Below, piece after piece: positions 1-12,900 of a stretch of DNA of 64,000 nucleotides. Made by a program: the position numbers and the translations under genes. This stretch comes from Trichoplax adhaerens (taxonomy: Eukaryota > Animalia > Placozoa). Numbering within the stretch: the stretch's first letter is position 1; every line of letters begins with the position of its first letter. Below the pieces are notes generated by a model that searched no databases, was not told where the DNA came from, and saw only the letters and a list, made by a program, of their open reading frames with translations. The stretch spans positions 6,812,299-6,876,298 of the forward strand of contig NW_002060943.1 of the NCBI RefSeq assembly GCF_000150275.1. Reading direction: 5' to 3'.

Positions 1-2751
1 TGGGCACTTAGTCAGCCGCCAGCAATTAAGAAGCAAGTTTCTCGCGACTCTGTGAACTCTGATGCCTCATTAGATGAAAGCTGGGTTTATGTGGAAAGGC
101 GATCATCATCATCTGGGGAGTCTACACAGACCCCAGCTACCGGTACTTCTTTATTAGATGACCAATCCAATACATGGTATCGTCGCAATCATCCGTCATC
201 ACCAGATTCAAGAAGTAAAAGAAATCAGACCGTGCGAACTTCGCCTAGGCTAGCTCAAAGAGATCGTCATCAATCCAATACCATTCCTCGTGAAGATAGT
301 AATACTTCGCTCAATCTCTCTCTAGCTGAGAATAAAAATACCAACGACGATTACCGTAAATCGTCCTTCGTTACAAGTTCACCAACCGATTCTTTTATCG
401 ATGTTAGCACCATAGTAGATGAAGCTTACGCTAATGATACTTCTAAAGGAAGGAGTATTAGTCGTGCATCAACATCAAGCAGCATCGCGGAAAGTTTAAC
501 TACAAATGAGACAAAGAAATTACCAAGAAATTCTACTTTTGGTAGTCTAGAAAGCGAATTAGGTTATAGTAATAGTAATAAATCAACTGAGAGCAGCCTC
601 TCAAGAAGGGATATGGTTAAACCGGCTGGCGTTAAATCAATTGAAAGTTATGGAATTGTAGTGGATTTCCCAAAATGTCCTTGCCCACCAGATCCGGACT
701 TGCCAGAATTGGACCTAGAAAGTATAACGTAAGTAAAGAAGATTTTGTACTGTACCTCTTAATACTTCATCGCCATCCTGCTAATCGCCTAAACTACTTA
801 CTGTACGGAAATAGACGTATACTTATTCAATTTCTTTTAATAATTTAATCGTATTGTAGAAATATCGATCTTTTACGTTATCCTAGAGAACTGGCAAAGC
901 AAATAACCTTGATCGATCACCGTAAGCTATTTAGATTAATAACGGACAACAAATGAATTTTTATATATTCTTATAATTAATAAATTCTAATATACAGTAA
1001 AATTGAATTTAAGATAAAAGCTATTTCAGTATAAAGTTTGATAGGACACTACTGCGTTAATAAGCACGTTGCATTCGTCTTTACTTCACTAGAATTTTTT
1101 ATTTCAAGTTAAGATAGGCTTAATTACATATGACTCTTGGTAATTGTTGTAATGCTATTACAGATTTATTCCGTCAAGTCACTGTTAGTGAGTGTCATAA
1201 AAAATTTTCAAGTGTGTCGAAAAAGAAAAGACATTTTGATGAGAATAATCCTATCCAGGGATTTGCTGAAAGATTTAATAAGGTATGCGACTATAAAGGC
1301 ACTTTAAAACATTTTCAAGGCCTAATCATGGCAACTTTACCTTGATACTAAGCATGAAAGAATTATTTCTCTGTCTTCAATGACAAATTGGACTACTTTT
1401 ATTTTCAGTTAATTAAATTATGCTGGCTACAGACTTTATTTTATTCAAGTTTAATCGACATAAGAATATTCTGCTTCTTTGATATTTTAGTTAAGTCAGT
1501 GGGTAACTGCTTCTGTATTAATGGAAAAGGATATCGAAGTTAGAGCGCATATACTTTGCCAATTTATATTAACGGCCAAGGTAACTAAACTATTAACGTA
1601 GCCTCATTACAAATACAGTAAATATATAGTATACCCTACCATGCACAATACAGAGTTTACTGATAGATATCCACTCTATGGCTTGGATGCTACAATAATC
1701 TCAAAGTTACATCATCTTATATTCATAAAATTTATTTGTAGCATTGCTTGCAATTCGCAAATTACAATGCGGTTATGGCAATTGTTGTTGCCGGACTTGG
1801 AAGCAGTCCAATTCGCCGATTAGAAAAAACGAAAGCGGTATTTAAAAATGTTTTATCTCATCTCTTATTAGATAAATCTTAAATATTAGTTTTAATGCTG
1901 TAGTACCGTAAATTAATTTCTGACTTTAAAATAACAGCAAAACCATACAGATTACGCTACTATTTCTAGATGTAGAAAAGAAGATTCATTTCGATTTTCT
2001 AATGTTATTCCCGCGTTTGATACTGTAGCTTATTTCGAAAGAAATTCTGGCCGAATATGATAATATGGAAATTTTGATGGATCCTAAGGTATATTGATTG
2101 ATGACAATAAAGTCTTTTGGCCAGATCGCGTCTCTGTTCTATAGCATAAGAAATAGAAGTAGAAAAATCATGCTGTATTATAAATGAGTGTATAATTGAT
2201 GTTATCCCATTTACATTCCTCCATGTGATTAAACTTTGCTATTCTTTGTAGTTAACGTCCTGTCTGATTCATTTTACAATAGAGCAATTACAAAGAATAT
2301 CGTGACGCTATAAAGACAGCGCCTACTCCTGCTGTTCCTTATTTCGGTAATATTGATTATCGATAATTATAATTTTAGTAGCTATGAATACCAAATTTAT
2401 GCACTATCGTAGGCAGTATCAATTTATCACTAAGAGAAAAATCTTCCGTCCATTTTTTTCATATCAGGCATCTATTTAAAAGATTTAACGTTCGCTACTG
2501 ACGGCAATCCAGATTACTTGCGAGGTGGTTTAATTAATTTAACGAAAAGGCGTTATATGTATGTCGTCCTGGAAGAGATGAAACGATTTCAGAAAGAAAA
2601 ATATTTCTTCCAATCGGTATGTAAATTGATAATATCATTTTAGCATCTACTGTATCTATCAATTTTCTGTACATTAAGTATTAGCTAGAATATGTGATGT
2701 AAAGAAATATACCGAAGAAGAACTTTATAAAATGTCAATAGATCTAGAGTA
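1..2751 (+). CDS. Ras guanine-nucleotide exchange factor (CDC25-type RasGEF domain preceded by a Ser/Thr-rich low-complexity region); 5'-truncated, multi-exon
   Basis: Frame is open from base 1. Hand-spliced exons <1-728, 860-921, 1164-1282, 1491-1580, 1742-1837, 2029-2088, 2283-2346, 2468-~2616 join in frame and give RasGEF motifs ELAKQITLIDH, AERFNKLSQWVTASVL, RAHILCQFI, NYNAVMAIVVAGLGSSPIRRLEKT, SNYKEYR, PAVPYFGIYLKDLTF, GNPD, INLTKRR. A last exon encoding KKYTEEELYKMSIDLE* ends at 2751, but its splice junction is unresolved. Confidence 0.9.
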
Positions 2752-4427
2752 ATTAACCTCCAGCTCTGGGCCTTACGATAGACAAAAATTGATGTTTGCA
2801 ACAAGCGGAGACTTCATTGAAAGGCTAATTAATTGCACTGAAATAAGTATGTAAGATTCTAGCTTGTATTCTAAATGCAAGGATAGGCTGGATACTGTTA
2901 GGCGTGTAAAATGATGTATCTAGTGTATAAAACTTCAGTTTGTTCGACTTTATATAAACTGCTATATACTTTTATGGTATGATTTATGTATAATTTAATA
3001 TATTTTTTATTAATCCGCTTGTACGAGATAACAGGCATAACAAACACACTAGCAGGATTAATAATAATTGGATAGTAAGATATGGGATGAGTTTATGGCT
3101 GAAAGTTTATTTCTTGCATAATATGTTTTCATGTAAAGTATTCATCTTGTATAGAACTCACTAGACAGATTGATTAATTAATTATAATTATTGGTATACC
3201 TGTTATACAGATTCAAGTTAAATTAAAGTAGTATTGCACTGATTTTCCTAGTAATTTTTTACTTTATCAACTGTATATTCATCTGACTTAGTACACGATT
3301 GATTCTATTACTGCAATTCATTATTATACTTACATTTAGTGACATAATATTACACCCGTAATTTAATGTACGTATGACACGAATTTACCTCAATTTTAGA
3401 TGGAATCTTTGATCTTGCTTATTCAACCCAAGAAAAATTTCTGATGTTTTTGCTTATATTCTATAGTGGTTAAGAAAAGGCACCGTTGGTTGTTCATTTG
3501 TATCCCTATAACGAATATCTTTATTATTTTACTGATTCTGTCCCTTGTAAGAATAGGTTAATAGGAGCAATAATGTTGTGAAGAAAAACAGCTTATCATT
3601 CACTTGCGTTTTTCTATCGACAATCTACTTGAACCGCTGATTTATATTAATAAAATTTTTAAAGCACAGTGATTTTCAATTTACGTTCAGTCTTCAGTGT
3701 GTTGCTCTCATAATGAAATGATGCTTCCTTACGTTAATAGAGTCATTAATCCCATGTCATGAAGGCAGCTAAGACGACTCTATGCCATTCGTTTACGTAA
3801 TCTATGCGCGTATAGTGTAATTATTTAAAATCTAAACTGGCGACAAAATCAATCCCGAGCGATTATATTAGTATGGTAGTTAGTGTAGTCTTGTTTTTGA
3901 GGTCTGTCTTGACAGTCGGTGATGATATGAAAGAGATGGAAATCATTGGTCTTGCGCGACATTTCTGGAAATGTCACTAAAACGACGGCACTGCATGCTC
4001 ATTGTACCGGTTGAAATATACCCAATCTATAGACCCAATTCTTTTTCCTAATTTTTAAATTGACTTTTAGATATTCAAAACAAAAAGTGAATTGGGCCTA
4101 GAGCCTGTGTCATGATTTTAGCTCATTGCAATCGTTATGTGTTGGCAAAATGCATTGATAGTCCAGTACATTGCTGTGCTGTAGTCAACTCAAGCTGTTT
4201 AGATGCAGTGTTGCCTTCAACTCTATCTGTCAATTTTGAAGAAATATCCTTTAAAATTTGGCTTCAATTCAACGTCGACAGATCAGTTCAGCCTTAAGCA
4301 ATTGCCTCTTGCTATTTTGAATTACTTTTTATTGCAGTATTGATTAGTTTTATTTCTTGGATTGAAATTTTAAATGCAAAACAATCAATCAATCAGTCAG
4401 TGGTAGATCCAAATCAACCGAGTTAAA

Positions 4428-4690
4428 GTCACGTGGTGATAGGTGAGTCGCAGTACAGTATATTTCTGCTGCTGTACAGTGTACAGTGTACAGTACTGAA
4501 CTGTCCTGTACTGTACTGTACTGTATGAAAGGTTCTTACAGTGTCATAGTTTTGGGCCACCGTACCATGGACTGTACTGTACCGTATAGGGTTAGGGTTA
4601 CTGTACTGTACTGTACTGTACGGTATAGTAATAGCAACTGAATCACGGCGTAAAGTAGAGTCCTGTATGAGTTCAAAGAGCAGCCAATCA
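4428..4690. promoter_or_regulatory. Possible promoter elements: GTCACGTG E-box (4428-4435) and AGCCAATCA CCAAT box (4682-4690), upstream of the array and PDCD10
   Basis: Consensus matches only; short motifs with no functional data. Confidence 0.25.
4451..4622. repeat. (TACTG/CAGTA)n and TGTACAG low-complexity tract containing an interstitial telomere-type TAGGGTTAGGGTTA (4587-4600)
   Basis: Directly visible runs such as ctgtactgtactgtactgta (4506-4525, 4601-4620) and tagggttagggtta. Confidence 0.85.
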
Positions 4691-4710
4691 CGTTGTACAG
4701 GACTGTAGTC

Positions 4711-5369
4711 GGTTTCGGACGCCTGGACTACGGCAGACCTGCCTCTGGACTACGACGTGTACTGTACACTGTACACTGTACAGTACTGCAGTTGCACTGT
4801 ATGGTTTCGGACGCCCGGACTGCGGCATACCTGCATCTGGACTATTACGTGTAGTGTACACTGTACAGTACGCTAGTAGTGTAGATACATGGTACGGTTT
4901 CGGACGCCTGGACTACTGTACGTCAGACCTGCATCTGGACTTTTATGTGTACTGGACTGTAGTTGCACGGTGCGGTTTCGGACGCCTGGACTACGGCAGA
5001 CCTGCATCTGGACTACGACGTGTACTGTACAGTACAGTACACTGTACAGTACTGTAGTTGCACTGTACGGTTTCGGACGCCTGGACTACGGCAGGCCTGC
5101 ATCTGGACTATTACGCGTACTGTACACTGTACACTAGTAGTGTACAGTAGATGCACGGTACGGTTTCGGACGCCTGGACTACGGCAGACCTGCATCTGGA
5201 CTATTACGCGTACTGTACAGTGTACACTAGTAGTGTACAGTAGATGCACGGTACGGTTTCGGACGCCTGGACTACGTCAGACCTGCATCTGGACTACGAC
5301 GTGTAGTGTACTGTAGTTGCACGGTGCGGTTTCGGACGCCTGGACTACGGCCGACCTGCATCTGGACTA
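4711..5369. repeat. GC-rich tandem array: 8 copies of a 42-bp core GGTTTCGGACGCCTGGACTACGGCAGACCTGCATCTGGACTA with 31-53 bp variable linkers
   Basis: Cores start at 4711, 4803, 4896, 4974, 5069, 5162, 5255 and 5328 (unit lengths 92, 93, 78, 95, 93, 93, 73). Linkers are built from ACTGT/TGTACA motifs. Confidence 0.95.
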
Positions 5370-6163
5370 CTGGACGTCAAGACCTTAGCCCAGCGGGAGG
5401 AGAAAAGAAAGTCAGATGTTTTGAAAACCAGATTGTATGCAAAATAAAGGCGTCAAAGTAAAACTTGCTTCATTTTCTTCCATGGACTTCTAACTTTATC
5501 CTTCGTCCATCTCTTGACCACAGTCATTGCAAATCTGAAATTACTTCAAATAGGGTAAGATTAACCATGACTAATGGTAGGGTAATGAAAGTGTTGATCA
5601 GGTGGTGTATATTCATTTCTACGCATCGATCTTGTCGCTGCTGCGTTGGTCGGGCGTTATCCATGCTAAACGATGACAATGCGGTTTATTCTGGCCAAGT
5701 TGCTGCCAGAGAAGTGATTCATATTTAGCTTTACTGTCCATCGCGATCAAACTCCATCCCATGGACAGTACGACATTATGAATCGTCTTCATTGAAAATA
5801 CAATTTGTATGTGCTATTAAAATTGATAGCGATAAATTATCCTTGATCATTGTAGTTGTAAGAGTCAAATGAACGATTCTCGAATCATCATCCATCCAAT
5901 TAAAAACAACAAACAAAATAAATTGTTGATTAAAATTAAAGAAAAAAAAATCAATGGGAAAAAATCCAAAATGTCTCCATTGATCAGCCAATCTTGAGCT
6001 GTAAGATTGTACCCAATGACCAGATAGAGATAGTGTATTTGATCGATTGATTTTTCCATAAAATGATGATAATACGCTTGGATTGATGGACTAGCAAGAT
6101 CGATTAATTAATTAATTCATTTTTTTTTCAATCATCATTTGATAGATACAATTAGGCAGTAAT

Positions 6164-9100
6164 ATGGCTACTTCTGCTTCGAAAGAGCAAAAGGTGGTGG
6201 CTTCCTTAGCATTACATGGAATGGTACTGCCGACGATCGATGAGGTAGGTATACCTGTGCACGACATAGCATACCCATCCATCTCGTCGCTGTTGCCATT
6301 GAGAGATAGCGAAAAAGGCGATAGAAAGCTTCTTCCTTGTCCATTTTCCACTTCTACTCTACACTTTAAAGTCCTAGACTACGGTGATCGTCGGTCCAAA
6401 CAGTTCTATGGGTAGTTTTTAGGATAGTCATGGATAAAAGAGAGAAAGCACTTTTATCATATCATCCAAAAGGCATCGTTATCGTATAACGATGATCTAC
6501 TGTATTCTTTTCCACAGCTTCGTCCCTTCTTCAGGACCGCGGCTACGAGCTTCACATCGCGATACGAATAGCTATACTATATAGCGCGACGCAATCGAAT
6601 CCAAGACAACTTAAACATTCATCATACTGTACAATTGATCAAGATGGATCAACACTATCGATGCTCAGCTAGCTGAAAGTGCAGCCATTGCAAGAGTTGA
6701 TTTCACCTTGCTGATATGCTGACTCTACTGTATCATGCAGTTTGTAAGCGGCCTTCTTCTGTACAAGGTCTATTTATCAATGGACGACTCTAACCGCTCC
6801 ATAAATTGAAACATTCTATTGCATACCTTAAAAGGCAATACTTGAATTACTTGTCTAGTCAATTCGCCATTCCATGAACGAAAGTGACTGCTGATGTAAT
6901 TTCTATCCCTATGAGTGAACAATAGTCTTGTTAAACGTATTGACTACCGGGTTGAAAATGATGTCCTTTCGATCCTTTCTGATAGGCATGTGTGTTAAGA
7001 ACAACCTACTTAAGAGGAATCACTATAAAATCGAAAATTAAATCATGTATTAGTTAACAATCTTTTTGTTAAGCAATTCACTACAGGTTAGAAATTATTA
7101 TACCATAATGATTCGATCTCATAACTTCGTTGACAATCGATTTGTTGAGCATATTTACTACAAGATAAAAACATTTATCGTCCAAATTCTATTTCGCTTT
7201 TCAAAGTTGGCAGTGTCGGTTAATCCTATTCCGTACAAGATCGACAATTACATAGTCAGGATTTTATATCTTTCAGCGCCTAGACTAGTTAACAATCCTT
7301 TGTATGAAGTGTATTTAGTTCAAGGTAGAATTTTATTTCGTTGCGATTTCTATCAAGCGATAGCTACTCATAACTACCGTAAGGTAATCTGTTCAACGGA
7401 TTAATTACTAATAACATGATAGATAAATAGTAATCAAAATTCTATCTCATACAATTTTAGTGAACAATCTGTTTGTTGAACTTATTGACTGCCGCATAGA
7501 AAATTACATCGTCAATATGTTTGTTAAACTTACTTCTACCTACTAGATACAAAGTTACATCGTCGCAATTCTAATTCATAGAACTATTAAACGCAGTGAG
7601 TTGGCTAAACTTATTTACTACAAGATAGTTTGTTAAACTGATTGCTTACAAGTAGATAATTGCGTCGTCAATGGGTTTGTTAAATTTTCTTCTACTGGAT
7701 AGAAAATACATCGTCGGGATTCTATCTCATAGAACTAATAGACAATGTGTTTATTAAACTTATTTACTACTACATAGTTTGTTAAACGATTAGCTAGCAA
7801 TCAGTTTACTAAGTATTCGCATTTACTACAAGATAGAAAATTATGTCATGAACCTATTATAGAATAGTAGCCTACGCTGGCTTTTAATTCGTTCCCCGAC
7901 ATAATTGCGTTGATTGTATCGAATTGTCAGTTCGCAGGTGATCGGTTCGTTTTTCGTGTAGTAACGTAATTAACAACCGTATTTAAATTTGGGATATTTG
8001 CTCTAATGTACAAGCCTATTTGATAGATAGTCGTTTTAATTATACAAATCAGTTTTTTCTTCGCATACGATTATGTAACTTTGGATGGTAAAAATACGAC
8101 GATATCAATAATTCATCTCTATCGTTGTTATTAACAGTTACAGCAAGGACAGAACACCCATGGAGCCAAAATATTACGCGATGCCTTCGTTAACATAGAG
8201 AGTCAAATTCCTGGCATTACGCACCAATTTCTGAATGCTATCATAGAATCAGGTATAGCTTGTTCATTGTTCAATTTGGATATTCTTGCTTACCCTATCA
8301 TTTAATCAATACTGAAATTTATTCGTTGTGTGATTTACCGCGAGTGCAATGCTATGGTTAAGCACTCAGTTATTCCTAAAGACTTTAGCTACTTTAGCAT
8401 TCTCTTTCTTAGGATAGATTTTATTGCGACGCTAATATTTCATTCGCGACAGATTTATCAATGTCATCATACTAGTATAATATCAATTTAGGAAATATCA
8501 AAGACATTCATCTTTTTATATGCTGTAGATTTGTTGCAATCATTATGCTGTACGAGTATGATATCAATGTTAGAACATCATAGTAAATTGTATCTACGTA
8601 TTATCATGCATATATTCAGTAAATCAAATGTACGACCTGCAATAATAAATGTTGGAGACGGTTCAGTCTATTCTTACAACTTCAAATTAATGCATTTATT
8701 CAATGACTGCATTTTCGGCTAGTTATCCATTCTCCTTTCTCGATAATCACGTATTGATCATTTGATGTTACAGATAATTCGAAAACTGATTTAAACTTTG
8801 AACAATCCATGTTACGTTATGCTGTTACTCCTTGTAAAGGTAAGTTATCTACAGTATGAGTAATTTCTCATCTTATGAGAATAAAATGACTCAAATCTAT
8901 AATTTTTACGTTTATTATTTTAGTAATGATAAGATTATCCTTTCATTACCTTTGGAGCATGTTTAATAATTTGCATTCTGTGTTGGTTTATTGCAAATAT
9001 AGCGAAAGTGCTATTATTTATAATGTTGAAGAAATTTTAATTCTATGTTGAAATCAACCACAACTCGTTTTATGCAGATGAAACCAATGTTAATAAATAT

Positions 9101-9986
9101 ATATGTTATGATATTCCTTTTGTAGAATATCAACTTGATCGTCCTGAAAAGGAATTTGTAAGATTATCAAGTAGATCTACAGGTATCATAAGTGAATACA
9201 AGATTGAAGTAAAAATTTTTAGTCACTAATAACTAAGCCATGCAGTTTATGTTACCCAATAATATTCATCGAATATTATATAGCTGGGTAATATCTATAA
9301 GTTATGATAAGCGTAAGAAATGGGGCTTGTGTTTCTTATTGGTACCTCTGCATATTCTTGCGATAAAGCTATACTGTACAACTAATTGTGTTCATCTTTA
9401 TCTATTTATTAGCGTTAAAGTCGATCCTAAGTAGGATACCTGACGACATTGGAGATAGATCGAAATTCTTGAACACAATAAAGTAAGTTAATACGGAAAT
9501 TACCTTATGAATATTGCAATCCGGTAGTAATATATTTGCATGCGAACTTACAATGTTTACTATTTATAAAAGGAGTATCGCGTCGGCTATAAAAGAAATG
9601 TTAGATGCTTTAAATGATGTATGCAAAAAGCACAAGGACTTTAAAAAGGTATCCTAGACGTGTAATAAATAATACATCATTAAGGTACCATTATGGTCAT
9701 CATTTCTATACTGCAGTTATTGACGGTAACGGGTACTTTTAGCTTTTAGAAGTTCAAAAAAAAGAATTTATCCAGCAATCAAAGAATTTCAGTGACACTC
9801 TAAAGCGATATTTTAAAGAGGAGAAGTAAGAATTAGATACTTCCTGTTAAGGCATAAGGCAGTTGTCATGATTAATCTTACTAAAATTTTAATTTCAGCG
9901 CTGACGCCGTTTTTGAAAGTGCCAATCGACTTATCAATTATACCAACGCTATTCTACGAAATATTAGAATGATATCGGCAAAGTAG
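6164..9986 (+). CDS. PDCD10: Programmed cell death protein 10 / cerebral cavernous malformation 3 homolog, 8 coding exons, 211 aa
   Basis: Exons 6164-6244, 8138-8252, 8774-8839, 9126-9182, 9413-9482, 9573-9648, 9743-9825, 9899-9986, all GT-AG and in frame (636 nt). The protein contains [96 protein letters not shown] and VFESANRLINYTN. These are colinear with human PDCD10 as recalled ([34 protein letters not shown]...SANRLIHQTN). A probable 5'UTR intron ends at 6155 (candidate donor 5555). Confidence 0.97.
6890..7850. repeat. Degenerate ~75-80 bp tandem repeat in PDCD10 intron 1
   Basis: Recurring GTTTGTTAAACTTATTTACTACAAGATAGAAAATTACATCGTC...ATTCTATCTCATA...AACAAT motifs (e.g. near 7140, 7471, 7519, 7628, 7675, 7749). 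About a dozen diverged or partial units. Confidence 0.75.
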
Positions 9987-12900
9987 TTATTATATATCAT
10001 GGAACGGACTGAAGTTCACACCTAAATGAACATATTATGGATTCTTATCCTACCCCACGTACCGATAAAGTCTTGGGTAATACCAGCTTGATTCTTTGCA
10101 TGGAATAATGACTGTAACTCTCGTGCCGATCTTCTGCACTTATACAAGCACAAAAATTGTTTAATATCAAGCTATGCTGTGTAAATTATCTGGATTTGAG
10201 GCTATATTTATTGAAGAACCTTAATGACGTAACTGATTATTTTTGTCATTTCTTTTTATGCATGATACTGAGGTTTTTGTTACAATTGACTTTCTTTGCG
10301 GTGGTAATGTCACTACGGCTTCATCATATTGGTATATTTGTGTGTTGATATCAAGTGGACAGGAATTAAGATCCATCAGAGTGAATATACAACCAAAATA
10401 TTTCTTATTTGGGGCTTTTAGTGCGAGTTTTATAACCTCTTTTTGTTATTTCACAATTATAGACACACCGTTATGTCCTTATGCTATGTAAAAATGATCA
10501 AAAAGATTTCCGGTAGTCATATATTTGTCCAGATATTAACTTGGTGATATTCGTTCTTAAAGTAGCAGATTCTGTTAGTTGTATCAGAATTTTCTCAATG
10601 AGCTATCTTAGTTATTAAGCCACTTAGCGATTCATATTAGGATATAAATTTTATCTCTTCTGTAGAACCAGTAATTAGTATTACTGAAATTGGCGTCCAG
10701 CAATTTCTATTTCACTAATTTTAGTTTTTGATATCTGTATGCGCAATAGTATGGTGGCTATGTACGCACAATGATTTTACTTCGCCTTGAAGTCTATATC
10801 TGCGTCAGTGTTTGTGTACAATATGCTATTTAGCAAATTAGTCACAGTTGATGTACATTATTGTCTAATGTGCAATGTGAACAATTGTGAGATCTTCAAT
10901 TCGGCTATCTATTTATTACAGTTGAAATTTGCTCTTAAATTAAGATCTGTAAATAACCTACACGCTATTCTTATGAGTGTAAAATCTATCTTGTAATGAC
11001 ATTCATTTCGTATTTACTTGGCGAGTTACTTCTTAAATTATAAACTTGCACTTAATAGTATACTTACTAAGATAACTATTGTATTATAAGCGATACTGCA
11101 ATGATTTGATGATACTAATGCACGCATTGGCCATAGTTTCTAAGTAGAATCGAAACACCACTAATCAAAGTACATTTATGTATATGGCAGTCTATTGGAT
11201 CAATTTATAAGCGTTACCTTTTAGCGTATATTCTTGAATGCTAGCAACGGTTCTGCATCCAATCGATGCAGTTTACAAGTATCGAATAGTAATTTGACTG
11301 TTATCATAAATAACGATGTATTGTGATTACTGGTCTTACCAAAGATTCGATGCAATAAGGAGTATTAACCTTTGCTATTGGCCTATTATATTATATAAGC
11401 ACAATGTTTGGCTAATAAAGTATTTACTGCGAAATAATTGCTATTTCAATTAACTTGATTATCCTATCCAGGCTGGGTGATTTATTAATCTTAGCCGCTC
11501 ACAGTAAGCATGTAATTTGTAATGATTAATTCATTATTATCAGATATTATCGGATGTTACTTTAATTTAGGACTGCAAATTCGAAAAGTAGAAAGGTATT
11601 TTGGTATAACTATTGTTAAGACCATTATGACTTCGTTAAGGGATAGAATTGGCGGAGCACTAAATGCATTTAGGACTCATGTAGATCGCTCGATCACCAG
11701 AATGCTATGTACACAAGTTTGCACTTTAACGCGACTTGTTTATCCTTTACTTTATTCGAGAAATACTTTAGTAACCTATACACTATTACAAAGCAATCTA
11801 TCTATTAGGAAGAGCGCATTTATTGGAATGTTCATATCGATTACTTTTAATTCTATTAACGTTGTCATAATTAATACGACTTATAAAATACCAACTCTGT
11901 TAAATGAAAGATCATCGTTGCTATGTTTTCCTGTATCGTATACTAAACAAAGAAGAGTGCAGTACTAATTTAAAAATGCAGTACAGTTCACTTATATCTT
12001 TCATACAATACTATGTTGTACTCATTTTCTGCGACTGTAGTATTGGTACTTCAGGATGTTAATTAACCATGCCTTTTGTTCAAAAACAGGTCCTTAGTAT
12101 TCATACTGTATACCTAATTGATAGGGTAAGCAGACAATCTTTCTAAATTGTTAGCAATCTCATGATAGCAACTTTCCGCTTACTATGTAATACGGATTTT
12201 CTGATACTTCCAATATCATGAAAAGCTTTGTACAAACTGTAATAGGAATTTAGACTATCTACATTGCCAGAGATTGTCAAATTATCTACGTATCAACAGA
12301 TTCACCCGCAAGGAAAATTATATATATTAGAAAATATTAGCTACGCTTACTTTTGCTTAATTAATGTCAGGGAGTGAAGAATTTAGTACCATATTTACAG
12401 TTAATGCTTTATAGTAGAATAATTTGATTGATCTTCGTATTAGGAAGTTTTTCTAGTTATATTGTTTAATGACTAACTATCTCAGCTTCTACTTTACCAT
12501 ATCAAACTTTTCTATCTCCCATTTTCCTCAACTTTAGCTATTTATATTCGTATCTGAATGACCTTAACTAATAACCAATATAATATTTCTATCTTGTTCA
12601 ATAGTAAATTACTATTATTATGTTAAAACCACTCCGTCTCCCCTCCCCTCTCCCTCCTTACGAATAAATCAAGATTGTTTAGCAGGTTTCAATAAACTTA
12701 AAATATTCAATTTATTTCAATCCAACACAAAATCTCTTAGATTCTAGATAGTGATAACCGAAGCTGATTCACTATTGCTGGAGCATTAGTCCTCATCTCT
12801 GGATTATCCAGTTCTCATTATCGAAGGACAAAAGCCCATATTACCTACTACGACTACATCTAATTTATGTACTTCATACACCGTACGTAAATAATTACTT

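Noticed and set aside
2752-2853. Stop-codon readthrough extension of the RasGEF (33 open codons after TAA)
   Set aside because: UAA-U is a poor readthrough context and the length is compatible with chance.
4100-4650. Minus-strand telomerase RNA using UAACCCUAACCCUA (4587-4600) as template
   Set aside because: The flanks are microsatellite, and no pseudoknot, P6.1 or H/ACA elements are visible downstream.
4711-5369. CRISPR array, hammerhead retrozyme, or real proteins from ORFs 4854-5316
   Set aside because: Linkers are mutually homologous low-complexity sequence, the context is eukaryotic with no cas genes, and no CUGANGA core occurs on either strand. The ORFs are by-products of a stop-poor repeat.
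5400-6360. Minus-strand gene from ORFs 5776-5991, 5865-6059 and 6112-6351
   Set aside because: No recognisable protein; the region is explained as the PDCD10 5'UTR, intron and exon 1 on the + strand.
10157-11968. Short ORFs and scattered minus-strand splice-like sites between PDCD10 and OATP copy 1
   Set aside because: Composition resembles random AT-rich translation, and no consistent spliced frame could be built.
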